Of a DNA stretch of 61,628 bases, positions 1-8,899 are shown one piece after another. The stretch's first letter is position 1. Each line of letters starts with the position of its first letter. The stretch is from a virus. The translations under genes were made by a program, and so were the position numbers. Under the pieces are notes generated by a model. That model was not told the DNA's origin and ran no database searches. It saw nothing but the letters and a program-made list of their open reading frames with translations. The stretch lies in the UHGV virus genome UHGV-1709118. One strand, 5' to 3'.

Positions 1-32
1 ATTACCTCGCGCCCGCTTTCGTTATTGGATAA
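1..32 (+). CDS. 3-prime end of DGR target gene (variable region, partial; gene body upstream of window)
   Basis: 1-15 matches TR 3-prime end attacctcgcgcccg; in the TR-equivalent frame the ORF reads YLAPAFVIG then TAA at 30-32. Confidence 0.55.
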   Translation, partial: YLAPAFVIG

Positions 33-59
33 CTGTAAAGTTACACAGTAAGGTTATAT

Positions 60-87
60 TGGCATTGGCCCTTTTGGGCCAATGCCA
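60..87 (+). promoter_or_regulatory. GC-rich stem-loop just downstream of VR (candidate DGR homing hairpin)
   Basis: perfect inverted repeat tggcattggccc-tttt-gggccaatgcca, 12-bp stem, no U-tract so not a typical terminator. Confidence 0.5.
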
Positions 88-148
88 TAGTATAAAAATG
101 CTTTCACCTTTTCTGGGAAAAATTTTTCTAAAAAAAATTTTTTTTCTT

Positions 149-177
149 TTGACTTTTTAAAAATTTTCTGATATAAT
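149..177 (+). promoter_or_regulatory. sigma70-like promoter upstream of avd-TR-RT operon
   Basis: TTGACT 149-154, 17-bp spacer, extended -10 TGaTATAAT 169-177; RBS aaggagg 197-203 before TTG start at 212. Confidence 0.5.
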
Positions 178-211
178 ATTACTTGTACGTTATTTAAAGG
201 AGGTTTTTAAT

Positions 212-676
212 TTGTCAGTAAGAAAAAAAGATAGGCATCAATCTAAAAATGATTATTTAAATGATGCAAGAAAGTTAGTTCATCAAGTATTGATTTTAGT
301 TCGTCCATATCAAGAATTAGATGATGGTTCTCATATAAAACCAGGCATTCTTGGTAATCCATACTATTATTCAGCCTTTGGCGCAGATATTTTAAAATGT
401 GCTAAAAACGCACATGGATATGCTTTCTCTGCTAGTTTAATCAATCTAAAAAATAAAAAAACTTTAGTTGAAAGAGCGGATTACTTTAATAAATCAATAA
501 GATATTGTGATTCAATTTTAAGGCAATTAGATTTATGTATTTATGAATATGGGTTAAATAATAAAAAGAAAAATAAATCTTTCAAATATGTTGCTAAACT
601 TACTTACAAATTAAAACAAAATCTTCTTGATAGAATAAATAGAGATAATCTAATTTATTCTCAGCGATACAAATAA
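212..676 (+). CDS. DGR accessory protein, Avd-like (accessory variability determinant) candidate
   Basis: 154-aa basic ORF (TTG start with good RBS) located between VR and TR as in avd-TR-RT cassettes; assignment is by position, not sequence identity. Confidence 0.4.
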   Translation: MSVRKKDRHQSKNDYLNDARKLVHQVLILVRPYQELDDGSHIKPGILGNPYYYSAFGADILKCAKNAHGYAFSASLINLKNKKTLVERADYFNKSIRYCDSILRQLDLCIYEYGLNNKKKNKSFKYVAKLTYKLKQNLLDRINRDNLIYSQRYK

Positions 677-699
677 TTTTTTATTCGGTTAAATTCTAA

Positions 700-814
700 A
701 AATATCGCGGGTCTCGCTACTACAACTCGAACAACACGAACAATGTGTGCAATGTCAACTCTGATGGTAATGCGAACAATACCAACTACAACAACAACAA
801 TTACCTCGCGCCCG
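700..814 (+). repeat. DGR template repeat (TR); 5-prime boundary approximate
   Basis: 3-prime end 800-814 identical to window 1-15; adenine-rich with many AAC codons in the VR-equivalent frame and no stop; GC-rich terminal block cctcgcgcccg. Confidence 0.7.
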
Positions 815-1121
815 ATTAGATGAGAACTCTAACTGTCTCTGGTGATGGAGCCGCAGGCGACATCGGCTGAGACGACTAAGTGTTACCCCAGAAAATTATA
901 ACCTATGTTATAACTCATCTATTTTTGGTATTTTCTGGACGCATTGGTTTTAAAACCAAGAAGGAGAGGAAATATTAAATAAAAGACTTAGATTATAATA
1001 GATAGCTTTCATTTAAGGAGAATTTAACCTTTTATCTATACAGATAATTAATTAAGATTGCGGATGTGCGTGTCAGAGCACACAATCTAGCACCGCATGA
1101 TAAAAAAAAGGAGAATTTTTT

Positions 1122-2354
1122 ATAGAAGAAAATCTTTTCCAGCGTTTTTGTAATTTTGACGCTTTTTATGATTCTTCTTATTCTATTTGCCGAAACGTAA
1201 GATGGAAAGATAGTACAGTTAATTTTGAAGAAAATAGATTAAATAACATCTTAACGCTTAAAGAACAATTAGAAAATGACAGTTATGAACAATTAGTTTT
1301 TAACAGTTTTAGTATAATTGAGCGGGGCAAACCTAGAGATATAAGAGCGTGCCATATTTATGACAGATTGGCACAAAATACATTATGTTCGCAAGTTCTT
1401 ATTCCAGAACTAACTCCAAAATTTATTTATGATAATTGTGCTACATTAAAAGGAAAAGGAATTGATTTTGCTTTGCTAGAAGTGCGTAAACATTTACAAG
1501 CAGCGCACAGAACATATGGTTTAGGAAAATCTTTTTATGGTTTAAGAATTGATATTCAAAAATTTTTTGATTCAATAGACCATAATTCTTTAAAGCAAAT
1601 GGCAAAACATTATATTAAAGAAAAACGAGTATTTAAATTAATTGATTATATTATTAATACCTTTTGTTTTTCAGTCACGAAAGATACAGTTCCTATTCCT
1701 GATAAACAATACTATATCATCAAAAAACAAAAATATAAGATAATTTATCCTAAACAATTTTATAAAAATTGTACTTATTATGAATTTAATCATAAAAGTT
1801 TAGGTTTAGGTAGTCAAGCATCTCAATTATTAGCTTTATTGGCATTAAATGGAATTGACCATTATGCAAAAGAGCATTTGCATTTAAAATATTATGGACG
1901 TTATATGGACGATATTTATATTTTGCATAATGACAAAGATTATTTAAAAGAATGTCTTAATAAAATTGAAAATGAATTAAATAAAATACATTTAAAATGT
2001 AACAAAAGAAAAACTAAAATAATTAAAATTAGTCCAATAAAACTAGATAAAAATAATTATCCTCATAAAAGACGTTCAGATAAACATAATCCATTTAAAT
2101 ATTTAAAATGGGATTTTTATTTAACTAATACGAATAAAATTATTCAAACTCCATTTAAAAAGAAAATAAAGCGACAATATAGAAAAATGAGAAAAATGCA
2201 CCAACTTTGGCTACAAGGTAAAATAACTGATATAGAAATTCAAGAATCATATCGAGGTTTTAGAGAACATATAAATAAAGGTACTACTTTTTATATTATA
2301 CAAAATCTTGATAATTATTTCCATTCATTATTTAAAGGAGTTGAAATATTATAA
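1122..2354 (+). CDS. DGR reverse transcriptase
   Basis: ORF track 1368-2354 has YMDD at 1902-1913 and LGSQASQ; open frame continues upstream to stop at 1101-1103 and encodes conserved N-terminal RT region (ERGKPRDIRACHIYDRLAQ); only ATA at 1122 follows RBS aaggaga, no ATG/GTG/TTG before 1368. Confidence 0.85.
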   Translation: MEENLFQRFCNFDAFYDSSYSICRNVRWKDSTVNFEENRLNNILTLKEQLENDSYEQLVFNSFSIIERGKPRDIRACHIYDRLAQNTLCSQVLIPELTPKFIYDNCATLKGKGIDFALLEVRKHLQAAHRTYGLGKSFYGLRIDIQKFFDSIDHNSLKQMAKHYIKEKRVFKLIDYIINTFCFSVTKDTVPIPDKQYYIIKKQKYKIIYPKQFYKNCTYYEFNHKSLGLGSQASQLLALLALNGIDHYAKEHLHLKYYGRYMDDIYILHNDKDYLKECLNKIENELNKIHLKCNKRKTKIIKISPIKLDKNNYPHKRRSDKHNPFKYLKWDFYLTNTNKIIQTPFKKKIKRQYRKMRKMHQLWLQGKITDIEIQESYRGFREHINKGTTFYIIQNLDNYFHSLFKGVEIL

Positions 2355-3013
2355 TGTATTTATTAATCAATAGAGAAAATATAGTAGTCGATATCCTCAC
2401 GGAAATCCGCTACATCAAATTACAATCCAACCCAAGTATTGTCATTGCTTGCTCGGAAGGTGAAGCTACAGGGGTAATAGGCTCAGATTGCAATAGCCAT
2501 TTCATTTTGGCTAATTCAGATATGACAGGTTCTATTGATGCAGTAAGAATTTTATCTTTTGATGGTAATATTCCAGAAGATTATGAACCTAATTTTTATA
2601 AATATGATAATGAAAAAAATGAATTAACATATTACTATTCTTTAGAAGAATACCAAAAAATGAAACAAGAAGAAAATAAAAAAGCTTTCGCTAATTTCCT
2701 TGTTAATCATCCTTTAACTTGGATTGATGGAAAGCAATATGGAGTTACAGAAGAAGACCAGGCAGAAATTAGCCTAAATATGAACCAATATTCTATGGCA
2801 ATTCAAGCTGGAGCCGAGAATCCTAGATTAGAATGGCATGCTCGCCAAGAAGAATGTACATCTTGGACAGTTGAAAATTTGACTGCTTTAACTTTAGCTA
2901 TTTCTGATTTTGTTTATCCTTATTATAGAAAAATGCAACAATATAAAACACAAATTTATACTGCTAAAAATTATAAGGAAATTAAAGCCATAGAATTAAA
3001 ATATGAAAATTAA
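2354..3013 (+). CDS. hypothetical protein, translationally coupled to RT (TAATG overlap)
   Basis: 219-aa ORF; ATG 2354 overlaps RT stop 2352-2354. Confidence 0.5.
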   Translation: MYLLINRENIVVDILTEIRYIKLQSNPSIVIACSEGEATGVIGSDCNSHFILANSDMTGSIDAVRILSFDGNIPEDYEPNFYKYDNEKNELTYYYSLEEYQKMKQEENKKAFANFLVNHPLTWIDGKQYGVTEEDQAEISLNMNQYSMAIQAGAENPRLEWHARQEECTSWTVENLTALTLAISDFVYPYYRKMQQYKTQIYTAKNYKEIKAIELKYEN

Positions 3014-3440
3014 TTCTTTTTTTAAAAATTCTATATTATTTTTGATTGGCGGAAGTATTTACTGGTTAATTGAATTTGTTTACAAAACATATATAAATTC
3101 AGGAAATACTCATTGGTCAATGTTTATCTTAGGCGGTTTATCTTTTTTAATTTTAGGTAGCTTAAATGAAAATATTCCTTGGAATTGGTCTTTATTAGCT
3201 CAAGGATTAATTGGAACCGCAATTATAACAAGTTTAGAATTTTTATTTGGATATATTTTAAACATTCAATTACAACTTAATATTTGGGATTATTCACATT
3301 TACCTTTTAATTATAAAGGACAAATATGTTTATCTTTTAGTTGTCTTTGGTTTATTCTAGGTCTAATAGGAATTATTTTAGATGATTTTCTTAGATGGAA
3401 AATCTTTGATGAAGAAAAACCTTATTATCATATTATATAA
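3003..3440 (+). CDS. small integral membrane protein (about 4 predicted TM helices)
   Basis: 145-aa ORF with four hydrophobic segments; overlaps previous gene by 11 nt. Confidence 0.5.
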   Translation: MKINSFFKNSILFLIGGSIYWLIEFVYKTYINSGNTHWSMFILGGLSFLILGSLNENIPWNWSLLAQGLIGTAIITSLEFLFGYILNIQLQLNIWDYSHLPFNYKGQICLSFSCLWFILGLIGIILDDFLRWKIFDEEKPYYHII

Positions 3441-3451
3441 AACAAAAAAAT

Positions 3452-3476
3452 GGGTAAGAGCATTTAGCTCTTACCC
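3452..3476. terminator. bidirectional rho-independent terminator between convergent DGR operon and tail operon
   Basis: gggtaagagc-attta-gctcttaccc with A-run upstream and T-run downstream. Confidence 0.65.
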
Positions 3477-3488
3477 ATTTTATTTTTA

Positions 3489-4091
3489 TTAACAATTATC
3501 TACGATAATAATGCCTATGCTATCAGTAGGTTTTTCTTTTATCTCAAAAGTAACTCCAAAGCCAGGAGTAGCAGTAGCCTTTTCAATTTTAGAATATTCT
3601 TCTAAATTACTGGTATAAGTAATAATTGGCGGAACCGTACCATCAGCACCACATTTCAAAGTTTCAATTAAATAAGACATTTTATAAACTTCTCCATCTA
3701 ATGTCCAAGCTCCTACGGACAATGTAGCAGGATAAGCCTTAGAAGTGACCTTATCAGTAGCAGTTTTAATATTATCACTTACTTCTGTTTTACTATAAAC
3801 ATCTAAATTGGTTCTTGCTTCAGCCGCAGTTTTACCACCAGTGCCACCATGTTCTATATCAATAATATCAGAATTTAAAACCAATTCTTCTGGATCAATT
3901 TCTATTTCAACTGTTCCAGCCGCATTAAATTTCCGAAGTTTCTCTGCATATCCCGCATTTAGTTTATGTCTAGCATTATTAAAATCGACATACATACAAT
4001 CATTTTCTTCTAGGATATAAGCATAAGACTCTTTGACTGCGACTTGGTTCATTTCAGCTTCTGTTCCATAAAAAACTTTAAATAAAGCCAT
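3489..4091 (-). CDS. tail-fibre-associated protein (last gene of tail operon)
   Basis: 200-aa ORF at distal end of minus-strand structural operon. Confidence 0.4.
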   Translation of the reverse strand: MALFKVFYGTEAEMNQVAVKESYAYILEENDCMYVDFNNARHKLNAGYAEKLRKFNAAGTVEIEIDPEELVLNSDIIDIEHGGTGGKTAAEARTNLDVYSKTEVSDNIKTATDKVTSKAYPATLSVGAWTLDGEVYKMSYLIETLKCGADGTVPPIITYTSNLEEYSKIEKATATPGFGVTFEIKEKPTDSIGIIIVDNC

Positions 4092-4162
4092 AATTTTCCT
4101 CCTTATATAAAAACATAAGGGGAAGAATAAAATCTTCCCCTTAGAAAAGAATATCTTATTCT

Positions 4163-6352
4163 TTAGTTTAATAAATCTGAAATTCTACCCCATGTATTAA
4201 TACTATTAATTTGGGTAATAATTTCTTCTATTTTTGTATCTAAAGTTTTAGCATTATATGTTTCTTTATCTTTATCTACTGGATTGGAATTAATTCTATT
4301 GCCGACAGTAGTAATTAAATTATCTATTACTTTAGCAGTGTAAGTACCTTTTGTTTTATCAGCAGGTTCATCACTGATTAAAGCTGCAACTTCATTTATT
4401 TTTGTTTGTAATGCTTCATTTTTCTCATTAATAGCTTTTGCGGTATAGGTTTTTCGCTCTAAATCCGCAGCTAAAATTTCATTAACAATTAAGTTATTAA
4501 TATAATTAGCCGTATATGTTTTATTAGTGCTATTATCTATATCATACTTATCTTGTAATAAGCTGGCTACACCACCAGTTAATTGCGCTCTTCCCCAAGC
4601 ATTATTTGTATAATAATACCAATATGCAGTATCACCATTTTCAACAGAAGAATAAGTCACTTGTAAAATTTCATCTGAACTTATACCATTAGGATAATAA
4701 GCTTTTAATTTATTTCCAATATTTTCAAGTGTATCAACACCATCTGCTTCAGTAAAAGTATATGAATTTTTAATATTAAGAGCTTTACCAACTGGGCCTT
4801 CTATGTTTTTATCAGTTTTAGTCCAAGCTGTACCATTAAATAAATATATATTACCTCTAAAATCATCTGTCATATCATCAACAGAATAAAGGTAATAGTC
4901 CCCATTTTGAGCGCCTTCAATAATAGTATTTAACTTATTATCATTCACTTCATCGCCGACAAACCAACGTGCGCCGCTAGGTAGTATAAATTTAAAATTA
5001 ATAGTATCAGTACCGACAATACTTTTTTCTACTGTTCCTTCATCTGCGGAACCAACATCTTCATAGGTAGAAGTAATATTTGGAATTGTTGGAAAAATAA
5101 ACTTATGAATAGGGCCAGTTTTTTCAATAGGGTCTTTATAACTAGACTCAATAGTAACGTCTACTCTTTCTCCTGATTCAGTAAATGGATCTTTTATATC
5201 AGTTTGTACTTCAGGAGTTTTACCAGCCAAACAAGCACAATAAACAAAAGTAGTAGAAGTTTCAGTAATCTGACTAATATAATAAATAAAACCAGTATCT
5301 TTATTTATATAATAATCTCCTACCTTCGCGTTAGGAACAATAGTACCTAAAGAATAAGTTATATCTTTTGATTGTCCTAATAAATCTCCATAAAAAAATT
5401 CTGCTGATTCTGGCAAATTAAAAGTAAACTGCGGATTATCGGGATCAGCAGAGATTTCAACTGTTGGTAATTCCGCAGGAGCTAAATGATTAGTAATAAC
5501 ATCAGTGCGGAATTTTTGTGAGCGTGGAATCTTTAAATGAATTGTTACTATGTGGTCATTATCATAGGTCAAAGAACATTCAGGTGTTTGACCTGGTTCT
5601 AAAGTGCTAAAATCAATAGGAGCAAAATCATAACCTTTAGGCAACCACATATTCAATTTTTTTGTTTGTTTATCTTCGTCTAAAGTAATCGTTGCCCTTG
5701 GCTCAGAATCCGCAGAAATATATTCAATATTTCCAATTTCAAATTCCCACATCTCTGGTAAAGTAAAAGTAATAATAGGATGATTAATATCATCTTCATT
5801 ATAATTTAATGTAGGAATAACAGTTTCGCCAGGTTTTTTGGTAATTAAATCTGCCATAACCATTACTTGACTTTGTGGCAAACTGAATAAAACCGAAGGG
5901 AAATCTGTATCGTTATTATCTACATCTACTGTTGGTTCTTGGTCTGCATTAAGAACAGTAGATGGCAAAATAATTTTAATTCTAGGAGTTTCACCAGTTA
6001 AAGAAGTAATTAATTTATAACCAAGACCATAATTTTTGTCTGACAAATATAAAATTTCTATCCCTCTAATTGGTTCTTCTCCTGCATGTTCTTCTTCAGT
6101 AAAAATTTTTTGCCAAAGAGTAGAATTATAAGCTCTTTTATATTTCGCAGTATCCACATCTTTATTAGCATCATAAATTGCTCGTTGCTCAGGAGTTCCA
6201 CCAGGTAGGCCATAAGAAATCATTACAATTTCTCCAACTCCAATAGGAGATTGCCATCTTTTGTCTAAATCGGCTACCATAGCAACTTTATTTTTAAATA
6301 TTTGTTTTATCTCAAAGTTTTTTCCTTGCTGTCCACCATAAAAACTAAACAA
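4163..6352 (-). CDS. tail fibre protein
   Basis: 729-aa ORF; C-terminal repeated motif K-x-Y-T-A-K-x-I-[DN]-x-x-I (4 copies); position in tail module. Confidence 0.55.
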   Translation of the reverse strand: MFSFYGGQQGKNFEIKQIFKNKVAMVADLDKRWQSPIGVGEIVMISYGLPGGTPEQRAIYDANKDVDTAKYKRAYNSTLWQKIFTEEEHAGEEPIRGIEILYLSDKNYGLGYKLITSLTGETPRIKIILPSTVLNADQEPTVDVDNNDTDFPSVLFSLPQSQVMVMADLITKKPGETVIPTLNYNEDDINHPIITFTLPEMWEFEIGNIEYISADSEPRATITLDEDKQTKKLNMWLPKGYDFAPIDFSTLEPGQTPECSLTYDNDHIVTIHLKIPRSQKFRTDVITNHLAPAELPTVEISADPDNPQFTFNLPESAEFFYGDLLGQSKDITYSLGTIVPNAKVGDYYINKDTGFIYYISQITETSTTFVYCACLAGKTPEVQTDIKDPFTESGERVDVTIESSYKDPIEKTGPIHKFIFPTIPNITSTYEDVGSADEGTVEKSIVGTDTINFKFILPSGARWFVGDEVNDNKLNTIIEGAQNGDYYLYSVDDMTDDFRGNIYLFNGTAWTKTDKNIEGPVGKALNIKNSYTFTEADGVDTLENIGNKLKAYYPNGISSDEILQVTYSSVENGDTAYWYYYTNNAWGRAQLTGGVASLLQDKYDIDNSTNKTYTANYINNLIVNEILAADLERKTYTAKAINEKNEALQTKINEVAALISDEPADKTKGTYTAKVIDNLITTVGNRINSNPVDKDKETYNAKTLDTKIEEIITQINSINTWGRISDLLN

Positions 6353-6365
6353 TTATAGCACCTCC

Positions 6366-6974
6366 TTAATAAATAAAATCTATAATTACATTATATAAAT
6401 CTTTATATGGATTTTCTGCATCAAGTTTATATACACCATTAATACCAGTATTATATTGCGCTAACGCCACTCGATAAGCTTCATCATATACAGCCTGAAT
6501 CTGATTATATTCAGCCCAGTAAGCATTATTATGTTCAGGATATTTTTTTTCAAGCTCTGCCATAGAAACTTTTCGAGCTGTTTCCGCAGCTTCTAATTTT
6601 TTCTTACCATCTGAAAGATTTTTTTCTGTTGTTTCAGTATCTAATATGTAATTTTTAGGGCGAAGAAAATATAATCCAGTAATAGCAATATCTTCATCCA
6701 ACTCATAAACTCCCGTGCGGCCTATCATAATATTTTTATTAGTATTCATTACTAATTTAGTACCAGGAGGAGCCTGTATTCCTACTTTAGAAAATTGTTT
6801 ACTTGCATAAATTTCTACTAGATTACGAGTAAAAATATCTATTTTATTAGTTTCATAATCTGGATCAGTAGCAGAAGTAATAGTTTGAGTAGTATTGCCA
6901 TTAGCTGTAGAAATATATCCGCCACTAGAATTATAATCTTCTAAATTATAAATTATCTGACCAACATTTGCCAT
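6366..6974 (-). CDS. tail/baseplate protein, hypothetical
   Basis: 202-aa ORF in tail module. Confidence 0.4.
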   Translation of the reverse strand: MANVGQIIYNLEDYNSSGGYISTANGNTTQTITSATDPDYETNKIDIFTRNLVEIYASKQFSKVGIQAPPGTKLVMNTNKNIMIGRTGVYELDEDIAITGLYFLRPKNYILDTETTEKNLSDGKKKLEAAETARKVSMAELEKKYPEHNNAYWAEYNQIQAVYDEAYRVALAQYNTGINGVYKLDAENPYKDLYNVIIDFIY

Positions 6975-6989
6975 TTAATTTATTCCTCC

Positions 6990-8885
6990 TTATACTCTAG
7001 TTAGCACTTCTGTAGCTGTAATTGACATTGTGCCTGAATAAGTTAAAGGTAAAGTAATTTGAGAAATCGCATAATTTCCTATAATATTACTTTCCATATC
7101 TTCTATATAAATAATATTATTTGGTTCTAAATAATACTTGGGTACTCCTTGTATAGTAACTTGAGTATTATAACTTAAATTTTGATATAATAATTCTCGA
7201 ATTTGATCAAAAGCACTAGAACCAGTAGAACTACTAGCAAAAATAGATTTATAATTATCAGTAATTCTAAAATATTTTTGACCAATAGAATCATAATATT
7301 TTCTTTTTTCTACATTTTCCCATTGTTCTTGGGTCATAAAAATAACATCAGGAACTTCTGTATTATATATACAAGTTACTTCAGAACTATTAATAACTTT
7401 TGTGCGACGTCCAATCATATTGACTGAGTATTTACCAATTGCTGCACCAGTATCTATAAAATCTAGCCAATAATTTAAATTTCTAGGGTCAGAATAAACT
7501 TTTGGATTCCAATTATCTGTTGCTTTCCAATCTGCATTTTCAGGGTCATATAAATTACGCCATTCAGCTAATAGTTCCATATCATAATTACTATTTGTTA
7601 AATTATTTAAGGAAGCAATTAAAGCTTGTCTATATAATTCTTCTCGCCATTCTTTACAAGGACTAGCTATTAATTTACCATTAACAGGAGGATTATTTGT
7701 ATAAGTAAATTCATATCTTAATAAAACTTCATTCTCATAAATACCCCACATATATTGTAAACAATAATTAAGAATTGGTTTAGCATCAATAGCTAAATGA
7801 TAACGAATATCTATTTCTGCACCATCTGTTGTTTTTCTTTTTCCCCATACAATAAAATCATTTTTAATTTCATCATATTTTGGAGCAATAGCAAGAGAAG
7901 TAATATTATCTAAATCAGTTAAACTATAAGCATATTTTGTGTTTGAATAATTCTGCACATAATCTTCAATATTTAAATCTAATAGCGGACTTCCAGTGTT
8001 TAAATAATTTTTCTTTTCTTGAAAAATAAAACGTCCATCTATATCATAAAAAAATTCAAAATTGCCTAAAATATCGCAAATCTTATTTAATAAAGTAACT
8101 ACACTATCGCCAGCTTTTAAAATCAATTCTCCAGGATAAGTAAAATCTGTTTCTTTATATCCAATATCTTGTCCATTTATAAACATATAAGGATAAGTAT
8201 CTCCAGGAGTATAACTTAAACTAGAATAATTATTACTTAGATATATAGGTTGTTCTCCAATATATTTTACTAAAAGTTTTGCGGTTTCCTCTAAATCTGT
8301 AATAAAAATATTGTTTATTGGCTCTTCTCCCCAATGATTAACTGCTTCTTGAATAATTTGGTAAATAGTAGGGTAATTAACTACTGCTTCTGTTTTATCC
8401 TTATTATACACATATGATTCATGGAAAGTAACAGAAGCAGGTAACATTCCACCTACACTACCATCTAGCATTACCATTTTATCTTTACCAGAAATACTAA
8501 TAGTCCAACCACCAGTTGCTCTAGTAATACTAGCAGTAGAAACCAAAAAAACCCCGCAAGGAAACCAAATAATTTCTCCATATTTTTGATATTCTCTTAA
8601 AGGATTATTATATCCAATTAAAATTTTAATTTTTTTATTTAAAGAAATATCATTATCTAAATTTGTTAAATCATTATTATTTAAATTAGCCAACATAGTT
8701 AAGCTAATAGTTCTTCTAATTGCGGAAGAACCATTAATTGATAATGAACCGGCAGTAATATTACCTTGAATTTCTTTAATAGGTTTTTCATCAAAAGAAA
8801 GAAGAATAAGTTTTGCATATTGAACGCGAACTCGCAATTTATCTAACTTGTTTAAAAAATCATAATCTTTAAGATATTCAAACAT
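6990..8885 (-). CDS. baseplate or tail-fibre protein
   Basis: 631-aa ORF in tail module. Confidence 0.45.
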   Translation of the reverse strand: MFEYLKDYDFLNKLDKLRVRVQYAKLILLSFDEKPIKEIQGNITAGSLSINGSSAIRRTISLTMLANLNNNDLTNLDNDISLNKKIKILIGYNNPLREYQKYGEIIWFPCGVFLVSTASITRATGGWTISISGKDKMVMLDGSVGGMLPASVTFHESYVYNKDKTEAVVNYPTIYQIIQEAVNHWGEEPINNIFITDLEETAKLLVKYIGEQPIYLSNNYSSLSYTPGDTYPYMFINGQDIGYKETDFTYPGELILKAGDSVVTLLNKICDILGNFEFFYDIDGRFIFQEKKNYLNTGSPLLDLNIEDYVQNYSNTKYAYSLTDLDNITSLAIAPKYDEIKNDFIVWGKRKTTDGAEIDIRYHLAIDAKPILNYCLQYMWGIYENEVLLRYEFTYTNNPPVNGKLIASPCKEWREELYRQALIASLNNLTNSNYDMELLAEWRNLYDPENADWKATDNWNPKVYSDPRNLNYWLDFIDTGAAIGKYSVNMIGRRTKVINSSEVTCIYNTEVPDVIFMTQEQWENVEKRKYYDSIGQKYFRITDNYKSIFASSSTGSSAFDQIRELLYQNLSYNTQVTIQGVPKYYLEPNNIIYIEDMESNIIGNYAISQITLPLTYSGTMSITATEVLTRV

Positions 8886-8899
8886 ATTCTTCCTCCTCT

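Larger units (their letters stand above)
1..2354 (+). mobile_element. diversity-generating retroelement (DGR) cassette, 3-prime portion: VR end, Avd-like ORF, template repeat, reverse transcriptase
   Basis: nt 1-15 identical to 800-814; AAC-rich repeat at 700-814 between a small ORF and an RT ORF carrying FDSIDH, YMDD and LGxxxSQ motifs; gene order matches known DGRs. Confidence 0.8.

Noticed and set aside
1-15. Window-start copy being a second TR rather than the VR
   Set aside because: The 700-814 copy is the adenine-rich one adjacent to the RT, and the window-start copy is followed by a stop codon and hairpin as expected for a VR; only 15 nt are visible, so this is not fully excluded.
7203-7427. 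Plus-strand ORFs antisense to tail genes (7203, 13547, 14681, 22459, 23697, 24527, 26774, 26866, 28144, 32418, 33990, 37497, 40040)
   Set aside because: Antisense to long coherent minus-strand genes, no promoter/RBS context, low-complexity translations.
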